Of a DNA stretch of 47,674 bases, positions 40,990 to 47,674 are shown piece after piece. The stretch lies in the NCBI GenBank assembly GCA_050633305.1, contig JBOEGF010000006.1, forward strand, positions 170,485-218,158, given 5' to 3'. Within the stretch, counting starts at the first letter, position 1. Each line of letters opens with the position of its first letter. A model generated the notes under the pieces. It did not search any database, was not told where the DNA came from, and saw only the letters and a program-made list of their open reading frames with translations. This DNA is from Nannocystales bacterium (lineage in GTDB: Bacteria; Myxococcota_A; Polyangia; Nannocystales; Nannocystaceae). A program made the translations under genes and the position numbers.

Positions 40990-41745
40990 ATGCAATGGGC
41001 TCGGACTTCGTTGGGTATGCTCGTGCCGCTGGCGTGTGCGAAGCCGGTCGCGCCAGAACCGCCGGAAGAGGCAAGTGCGGAGGTCTCGGCGCCCGTCGAC
41101 ACGCCGGATGCAGAAGGCCCGAGAATCTGGCTCACGGAGGAACAGGCGCAGTTCCCAGGCATTGGTGGCTGCTCGTTCGGCGTGCGGTACAGCGGCTTTC
41201 CGGCGGTCGACCCGAGCGGGGAAGAGGTTGTGACCGCGGCCTGGGATGACCCCGGAGACAACCTCGGTGAAGAGGACCTCGGGCGTCTGCGAATCGCACG
41301 AAGCACGCTCGACGGCCGGCGCGACACCTTCATCGTCTACGACGCTGAGGCGGGCCCGTGCGAGGCGATTCGAGCCACAATCGAGACGCGGGTGGGAGAG
41401 CTCCGCACCGAGCTGGCGTCCTGGAAGCCCCTACCGCGGATCGTCGGTGCCGCGGCGCCCCAACCCGGCGGTTCCGAGACCCTGTCCGAGCCGCAGTTGT
41501 CGGCGTTCATCGAAGACGCGACACTGGTCTTCCAGGATGGGGATCGCGAGGTCCTGCGGCTGGAGCTGCCCGCCATCGAGAACTGGGACGCCGTAGACGC
41601 CATTCACGGTGACGCTGAGTTCGGGGGTATTGTCGTCGCTGTACGCGCCTACGGGCTGAAGGAGGCTGATCTCGTGGACCTCGTGATCGCCCGAGTTCCG
41701 CCGTCGTTCTTTGGCGATCTCGTCGAGCACCAACGTCAGCCGTGA
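40990..41745 (+). CDS. Hypothetical lipoprotein
   Basis: ATG 40990; LVPLA-C lipobox; acidic globular body. Confidence 0.55.
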   Translation: MQWARTSLGMLVPLACAKPVAPEPPEEASAEVSAPVDTPDAEGPRIWLTEEQAQFPGIGGCSFGVRYSGFPAVDPSGEEVVTAAWDDPGDNLGEEDLGRLRIARSTLDGRRDTFIVYDAEAGPCEAIRATIETRVGELRTELASWKPLPRIVGAAAPQPGGSETLSEPQLSAFIEDATLVFQDGDREVLRLELPAIENWDAVDAIHGDAEFGGIVVAVRAYGLKEADLVDLVIARVPPSFFGDLVEHQRQP

Positions 41746-42297
41746 CATCGGGTTCGTGAAACCGGGGTCGCCGCCGCGATCGGCATCGCAGCAACCGCGA
41801 CGAACAGCCCGCTGAACAACACGTGGGATAGCCCACCGTGGCCACTGGTCGGGGTCCCTCCGTACTCGAAGAGGCTCTTCCATCTCAGTCCAGTGCCTGC
41901 ACAAGGTCTCACTGGGTTCTCGCCGGCCGCGAGGTCGAGGCACCCACAGGCCCTCACCGCGCACTCCTCCTGCTCTTTTTCGACCCCCATCATCATCCGT
42001 ACCGGCCTCAAAAACGCGCCCACAATCGGCGGGCGCAAGCCCACCCAGCCCGCCGCCGGCGATGAGTCCGGCAAGCGGGGCCGCGAGAACTGCGGCGAGA
42101 GCGAGGACCTGACCGGAATCGGAGAAGATGGTGTTGGAGCCGGCCAAGTCGGCGGCGACCAGGCTTGCGGCGTAGTCGCTGACCAGCACGGTGGATGCGA
42201 CGACGATGAGCCACGCCGAGGGGGAGCGACCCTTCCTCTCAGCCGCGGCGTACGCACCCATGCCGAGCGCCACCGCGAGAAGGACCGAGCCAAACAC
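41736..42297 (-). pseudogene. Possibly frameshifted membrane-protein remnant
   Basis: Hydrophobic helices (VFGSVLLAVALG..., AWLIVVASTVLV..., LALAAVLAAPLAGL) in one frame; coding-like signal appears to switch frame near 42050. Confidence 0.3.
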
Positions 42298-42411
42298 GCG
42301 GGACGTTCTACACGGCGAGTTGGCGACGGCGCACTGAACTGAGCCTGGATCCGACAGTTCGCCTCGCACGACGGCGAAGGTTCCCCGAGACAGACCTGAT
42401 AGGTTCGGCGC

Positions 42412-42797
42412 ATGCGAAAGATCGGTAGTTGGTGGCTAAAGAGCCACGACGCCCGTTCGGGTGAAGAGGTGCGTTGGTCGTGCTTCGCGAACCGCACTCA
42501 GAACAGCTCCCGCGCGGTCGGTGGAACGCTCTTCGTTACCAGTCACAGAATCCTCTTCAGTCCCCATTGGGTGGATGCTGTTTTGGGGGAGACGTCTGGT
42601 CGGTGAATCTCCACGAGGTCACGAGTGTCGGCGTGCAACCCAAGGGCGGCGACACTTTCGGTGGGGGCCTTCGCAATCGACTCAAGGTGCTCTCCGGAGG
42701 AGAAACGGATTTGTTCGTCGTCAACGAACTCGACGCCCTGGTCGAACGGCTGCAACGCGAGCTCGAGGAGGCGCGAGCTGCAGACGGAAAGCCGTGA
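42412..42797 (+). pseudogene. GRAM/PH-like small protein split by a -1 frameshift
   Basis: ANRTQ..RAVGG.LFVT..RILF.PH in one frame continues as GG..WS..L.EV..V...GGLR.RL...FVVN.LD in the -1 frame at TTTTGGGGG (42581-42589). Confidence 0.6.
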
Positions 42798-42901
42798 CGT
42801 GACCGCTGCGGCTTTCTGCTGAAACCTGAGTAGACGCAGCAACTCGTGAACGCCGGCCCCCTTGTAGAAGTCTCGGCTTCGAGCGTCGCTGACGTCGCGG
42901 G

Positions 42902-43960
42902 TCAGTCGTCGACTGGAAACAGTCGGTGCCAGGGCGAGCAAGAAATCTCGAACGACGCATCGCCGTCGGCCTGGAGCAGGACCGTGACCCCACCGTCCCC
43001 TCCGTCCGTCTCCTTGACGTAGTAGAGTGAGTGCCAAGCCTCGCCGCCCCATTGCAGAGGATCGACCCTGTGAAGCTCGAGAGAGCCCGACGGCAAGAGC
43101 GAGTCGAGGCTTTGCAGCGCCTGGCGCGGACTCCGAAGCTCGACTCGCCCGAGGTGGGAACCATCGCAGACGAAGTAGCCATGCTCGCCTACCGCGTCTT
43201 TGAGTTCGCACGACGCGGGAACTCCAAGGGCCCGGGATGACCGATCGCGCAAGTCGTGGACGGAGTACGCGGTCGGAGCTCCGGCGGGCGTCCGTCCCAC
43301 GACCACCAGGTCTTCCTCTTCGGATACGCGAGACTGTACCTGCTCGTCTTTGAAGGACGCGATCTCTGCGAGACCTTCATCGAACGACGCCGTCCACAGA
43401 ACGCGATCACCAGGGACCACCATACGCCCCGAATCCGTGATGATGGGTTCCCAAGCCATGCCGGGCTGAACGTCGACCGGATGCCGCTGGACCAGGACAT
43501 CCTCTTCGACCCGGAGGAGGTCGAGCGATAAAAGACGCCAATCCTCGTCGTACTCCGCCACCGCAACCCCGCCTCCGGACGGAGAGAACCACGGCCACCG
43601 GTATGCCGAACCTGTCGTAGGTGCCTCAAAGAGCGGGATCGGATCTCGGCCGATATTGGTCCGAGGGAGTAGCTCAATCCGGTCGTCGTCGAGCCGAAGT
43701 GCGGTCCAGCCTGAGAGCTGCGAAGTCCCAACCAAGTCGTCGAATGTCCCCGCGATTTGGCGTATCGCGCCACCCAGGGTCCACAAGACCGTGTGCTCGA
43801 CGTTCGACTCGATCACATAGACGCCAGCCGAGAACCAGCTCCCGCGCGCCTCCGGCACGGGATACAACGTGCCGTCCGGCAATGCGCGGTACGGCATCGC
43901 CCCCTCGAGCGTTTCGGCTGGAACGAGATTCACGAAGTACGCATCGGGCGTCCAGCCCAT
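42902..43960 (-). CDS. Hypothetical beta-propeller-like protein, probably 5'-truncated
   Basis: 352-aa ORF with TolB-like PWFSPSG; the frame stays open upstream to about 44148 with no start codon or signal peptide. Confidence 0.45.
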   Translation of the reverse strand: MGWTPDAYFVNLVPAETLEGAMPYRALPDGTLYPVPEARGSWFSAGVYVIESNVEHTVLWTLGGAIRQIAGTFDDLVGTSQLSGWTALRLDDDRIELLPRTNIGRDPIPLFEAPTTGSAYRWPWFSPSGGGVAVAEYDEDWRLLSLDLLRVEEDVLVQRHPVDVQPGMAWEPIITDSGRMVVPGDRVLWTASFDEGLAEIASFKDEQVQSRVSEEEDLVVVGRTPAGAPTAYSVHDLRDRSSRALGVPASCELKDAVGEHGYFVCDGSHLGRVELRSPRQALQSLDSLLPSGSLELHRVDPLQWGGEAWHSLYYVKETDGGDGGVTVLLQADGDASFEISCSPWHRLFPVDD

Positions 43961-44116
43961 CGGACACCCCGTTGGATGGAACTCGGGAGAGAACGGCGAG
44001 GGACCGGCGGACTCGACCCAGTCTTCGCCGATCGCGAACGACTCGGTCCGGACGCCACCATGCTTCGGACAATCAGCGAACAGTGTGGACCGACTGTACC
44101 CCGGGTCCCGTCCCGC

Positions 44117-44136
44117 GGGCGGGCGGGCGGGCGGGC
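44117..44136 (+). repeat. (GGGC)5 simple repeat / G-quadruplex motif
   Basis: gggc gggc gggc gggc gggc read directly. Confidence 0.85.
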
Positions 44137-44397
44137 GAAATGGAGCAGGCTACAGCAGAGCTTGTCTCCGACTTCGGGCGGGCCCACGGTCGACCGCCGG
44201 ACCCGACGCGGCGACGTCGTGGGTCAACCCGGCCTTCTGCATCGTTGCGGCTGAGGTCGTGTCGCCGGTACGACGGCGAGCTGTGCTGAGTGACCAGCTA
44301 GTTTCACTTAGGCGCGGGCGGTGTCGAGACTGTTGGCCAGCGTACCAACCGAGCGTTTACCGATTCGTGGGCAAAAAGAGTCACCCCGTTTCCGATC

Positions 44398-46227
44398 ATG
44401 GCCCCTCGGCAGTGCGTGGGTAGCCGTGCTCGGTTCTTCATCGACAGCGTACTCCGGCTCGGTTCGAGTCGGCGAGCAGCAGCGGTTCGGACGACGAGGG
44501 GCCTCCGCTGGCTCGTTCCCCTGCTCGCGTGGTCCGTGACTGGCTGCTACGAAGGAAGCGGTGGCGTCGCGGGCCCTGACGACGGGTCCGGTGGCAGCGA
44601 TTCCGGAGACGTCGACACCGACGACGGTGAAAGCGGGGGTGTCGAGACGGGCGGCGAGGAGCCCACGGGTCCCGGCTCGGTCGACGTCTCACCGGTTCCT
44701 CTCCAACACCTGACCGTCAACCAATACGAGGCGACGGTGCGCGATTTGTGGCCTGGCGCGCCTACCGGGATCTCGGGCGCGTTCAGCTACACCGACCCGC
44801 ACACGGGCGAGACCCGCGAGCTCGGACCGCTCGATGACGACGAGTTCGCGTTTGGATTCGAGATGGGGACGTCGATGTCGACGTTCTTACCCGAGCGCTA
44901 CTTCTATCGTGCCGAAGCCTTGGCCACGCTGCTCGTCGAGGATCTCGATGTGGTCCTCAGCTGCGAGCCCGGCCGCGAGTGTGCGCAGGACTTTGCGCGA
45001 ACGTTCGGTCTTCGAGCGTACCGCCGCCCGCTCGACGACGAGCAGCTCGGCGAACTCATGGCCGTGTACGACGACATCGCAGCCGAGTACGACTTCACCG
45101 GCGGCATCGAGGCGATGGCGTTCGCGATGCTCAGCTCGCCGCACTTTTTGTATCGCATCGAGCGTGTGCCTGATGATGCTCCGTCGGGCACGGCCGTGTG
45201 GGCCGACGACTACGAGGTTGCGACTCGGCTCAGCTACTTCTTGACCGGGTCGATGCCCGACCTCGAGCTGTTCGCGGCCGCCGAAGCCGGCGAGCTGTCG
45301 AGCCAGGAGCAAGTTCGTGCGCAGGCTGAGCGTCTGCTCGGCTCTGAACGTGGTCACGTCGCGGTCACAGGCTTCTTGCGTCAATGGGCCAACCTCCAGG
45401 CTGTGGGCGCACTCGAGAAGAATCGCGACGAGTTCCCCGACTTCGATCCTTCGCTCGGTCCAGCCTTGAGGCGGTCGCTCGAAGCCTCGTTTGCCGCCTT
45501 GGCCGCGGATTCCGAAGCCTCGATTGGCGATCTGTTCACCGACCCACGGATGTTCGTCGACGACCAGCTCGCGAGCTTCTATGGCGTCAGCGGGGTGTTC
45601 TCGGACGAGCTGCAGCCGGCGCCGCAGACTCAACGGTCCGGCGTCATCGGCCACCCCGGAGTGCTTGCGGTGAACTCGGTCAATGAGGAAACCCAGCTCG
45701 TCAAACGCGGGCTGTTCGTCCGCAAGCGCCTGCTGTGCGGCGAAATTCCGCTCCCCCCCGAGGACGCCATGCTCGACTTGCCTCCGGTCGACGAACAAGA
45801 CCCGCCCGAAAACATGCGCGAACGGTTCGAACGTCACGTCGAGAATCCCAGCTGCGCGGCATGCCACGCGTTCATCGACCCACTGGGGTTCGCATTCGAG
45901 AGTTTCGATGGCCTCGGCCGCTACCGCACCGACGACGTCTATGGCCCCGTCGACCCCAGCGGTGAACTGCTCGGTACAGGTGAGGCCGACGGGCCCTACG
46001 CCGACTTCAATGCGTTCATGGAGCGCTTGTCCGGCAGCGAGCTTGCTCGAGGCTGCGTCGCCGAAAAAATGCTCGAGGTTGCGCTGTCGCGTCCGGTCAT
46101 CCGCGACAGCGACATCGCCGAACTCGAGTCGATCTGGACACGCGCGGCCGAGGCGGGCTGGAACCTACGCGCCCTCGCGCTCGACCTGACCACCACGGAA
46201 TCGTTCCGCAGCAAGTACGTGCCCTGA
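44398..46227 (+). CDS. DUF1592/1588/1595-type myxobacterial protein with CxxCH motif
   Basis: VTG-C lipobox; LT..QY..TV.DL, RAYRRPL, L.SPHFLYR.E, ATRLSYFL..S.PD, KRG.FVR..LLC, CAACH..IDPLGF.FE.FD..G.YR. Confidence 0.88.
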   Translation: MAPRQCVGSRARFFIDSVLRLGSSRRAAAVRTTRGLRWLVPLLAWSVTGCYEGSGGVAGPDDGSGGSDSGDVDTDDGESGGVETGGEEPTGPGSVDVSPVPLQHLTVNQYEATVRDLWPGAPTGISGAFSYTDPHTGETRELGPLDDDEFAFGFEMGTSMSTFLPERYFYRAEALATLLVEDLDVVLSCEPGRECAQDFARTFGLRAYRRPLDDEQLGELMAVYDDIAAEYDFTGGIEAMAFAMLSSPHFLYRIERVPDDAPSGTAVWADDYEVATRLSYFLTGSMPDLELFAAAEAGELSSQEQVRAQAERLLGSERGHVAVTGFLRQWANLQAVGALEKNRDEFPDFDPSLGPALRRSLEASFAALAADSEASIGDLFTDPRMFVDDQLASFYGVSGVFSDELQPAPQTQRSGVIGHPGVLAVNSVNEETQLVKRGLFVRKRLLCGEIPLPPEDAMLDLPPVDEQDPPENMRERFERHVENPSCAACHAFIDPLGFAFESFDGLGRYRTDDVYGPVDPSGELLGTGEADGPYADFNAFMERLSGSELARGCVAEKMLEVALSRPVIRDSDIAELESIWTRAAEAGWNLRALALDLTTTESFRSKYVP

Positions 46228-46250
46228 GCAAAGAAATCCAGGACCAGACG

Positions 46251-47531
46251 ATGCACTATCTCAAGCTTTCACGACGCTCGATCTTGGCCGGCATGGGCGC
46301 CAGCGTAGCCTTGCTACCGTTCACCGTCCGTGGTGGGGGAGAGCCTGGCGCCATCCGCCGATTCGTCTCGATGTACTCGAGCAACGGAGTTCACCCGAGT
46401 TGGGGCGCCAGTGGCTCGGGCAACGCCATGGTGCTCAGCGAGAGCCTCTCTCCACTCGAAGCACATCGAGATCGCATTGCGGTCGTGGAGGGCATTCAGT
46501 TCCGCGCCTTCACAGCACCCGAACACTACGACGGCACCGTGGGATCGCTCAGCGGCGTCGCCTCTTCGAACCCGCAGGAGTCCTACGGCCAGTCGATCTC
46601 GATCGACCAGGTCATCGCAGACCTCAACACCCCACTTGGCGGCTACCGCTCGCTCAACGGCTGTCTGTTCTTCGACGGCGAGAATCGCTATTCCTTCACC
46701 GAAGCGGGCGGGAATGTCCCCCATGAACAGGATCCTGCTCAGATCTTCAACGCCATGTTCTCGGGGTTCATCCCTCCCGAACCCGGAGGTCCGGCCGAGC
46801 CCGATCCCAACACGGTCCGCCGACTTGCCCTGCAGCAGCGCGTCGTCGACACTGTACACAGTGACTTCTCCCGGGTGCGCGACCGACTTGGCGGCGACGA
46901 CCGGCTCCTGATCGAGCGCCACATCGACAGCCTCAATGAGCTGGCAGTTCGGCTCGACAACCAGGACCTGGGCTCGGGGGCGGGCGCAGGCTGTGACCCC
47001 ATAGACCCGGGCGACATTTCGATGGGCACGAGCAGCGACGAGCTGATTGCGCGCGCTCGGGCCCACATCGATGTGGCGGCGATGGCCCTAGCCTGCGACC
47101 GTACGCGGGTCGCGAGCCTTGCGATGGGCTACATCTCCGGCGGGATCAGCGGGCATCACGAAGCGTCGCACTCGTCCGACTACGACGCAGGCATCCAGTA
47201 CGACCAATTCTACGCTGCTCGCTTCGCCGAGCTCATCGACGCGCTCGAAGCAGTCGGCGTGCTCGACGGCACACTCGTGTACTGGTTCAACGAACTGGGC
47301 AAGTACGAGATGGAAGGCAACGTCGCTGACCACGGCGTCAACGACATGCCCTACGTCTTCGCGGGAGGCTTGGCCAGTGTCGGCCGGAGTTTCCAGATCG
47401 GCGGTAGCCCCAACCACAACTACCTGCTTGCCGGCATCCTGCAGCAGTTCGATATCGACTCGGACTTCTTCGGCGATGACGACCTTCGGCAGTCAGGGCA
47501 ATCCGCCATCACCGAAGTCTTCGCGTCCTAG
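46251..47531 (+). CDS. DUF1552-family Tat-exported protein
   Basis: SRRSILAG twin-arginine signal, SIDQ.IA, DP...F..MF, A.ACD.TRVA, HH..SH, LD.TLV, H....P...AGG. Confidence 0.88.
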   Translation: MHYLKLSRRSILAGMGASVALLPFTVRGGGEPGAIRRFVSMYSSNGVHPSWGASGSGNAMVLSESLSPLEAHRDRIAVVEGIQFRAFTAPEHYDGTVGSLSGVASSNPQESYGQSISIDQVIADLNTPLGGYRSLNGCLFFDGENRYSFTEAGGNVPHEQDPAQIFNAMFSGFIPPEPGGPAEPDPNTVRRLALQQRVVDTVHSDFSRVRDRLGGDDRLLIERHIDSLNELAVRLDNQDLGSGAGAGCDPIDPGDISMGTSSDELIARARAHIDVAAMALACDRTRVASLAMGYISGGISGHHEASHSSDYDAGIQYDQFYAARFAELIDALEAVGVLDGTLVYWFNELGKYEMEGNVADHGVNDMPYVFAGGLASVGRSFQIGGSPNHNYLLAGILQQFDIDSDFFGDDDLRQSGQSAITEVFAS

Positions 47532-47560
47532 TGTCCTGAGTCCGTAACGTCGATAAAAAG
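47528..47560. mobile_element. Probable IS630-family terminal sequence
   Basis: CTAGTGTCCTGAGTCC; the reverse strand reads ...TDSGH-stop, as recalled for many IS630 transposase C-termini; sits on the TAG stop of the upstream gene. Confidence 0.4.
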
Positions 47561-47674
47561 TGGCAATTAGGGGAATTTCGACGTTTTCGAGCTGTTGCAC
47601 TGGTGTGGCAGCATCAACGCGAAAGATGGGGCGTCCTCTCACACCGGTCACTATCAATGCGAGCGACCGTGCGG

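Noticed and set aside
44398..47531. DUF1592/DUF1552 pair as a novel system
   Set aside because: Function is unknown, but this pair is a common, already recognised arrangement in myxobacteria and planctomycetes; nothing unusual in this copy

Overview
High-GC window that looks myxobacterial, possibly Nannocystaceae-like. This is inferred from the many Cys-rich lipoproteins and a DUF1592/DUF1552 pair. From left to right it holds: a metzincin-like lipoprotein divergent from two paralogous Ig-like/PPC lipoproteins; guaB-guaA-ruvB; TPR and FIST genes; a 168-bp CTAG-bounded palindromic element; glnD, YbaK, a UbiD decarboxylase and an HtrA protease; a 3-gene accessory unit built around a heavily interrupted ComEC-type metallo-beta-lactamase-fold protein; a radical SAM/SPASM maturase coupled to two paralogous Zn-ribbon lipoproteins with repeated KYGAPPRP motifs; a GbsR/MarR-led futalosine (menaquinone) operon with an MqnA-MqnC fusion and a cluster-less CofH-like gene; a decaying accessory region with several gene fragments; and a DUF1592/DUF1552 pair followed by a probable IS630-type end. 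The best candidate for a little-described system is the radical SAM/lipoprotein trio, which looks like a splicease acting on lipoproteins. All calls come from reading motifs by eye; no database searches were run.
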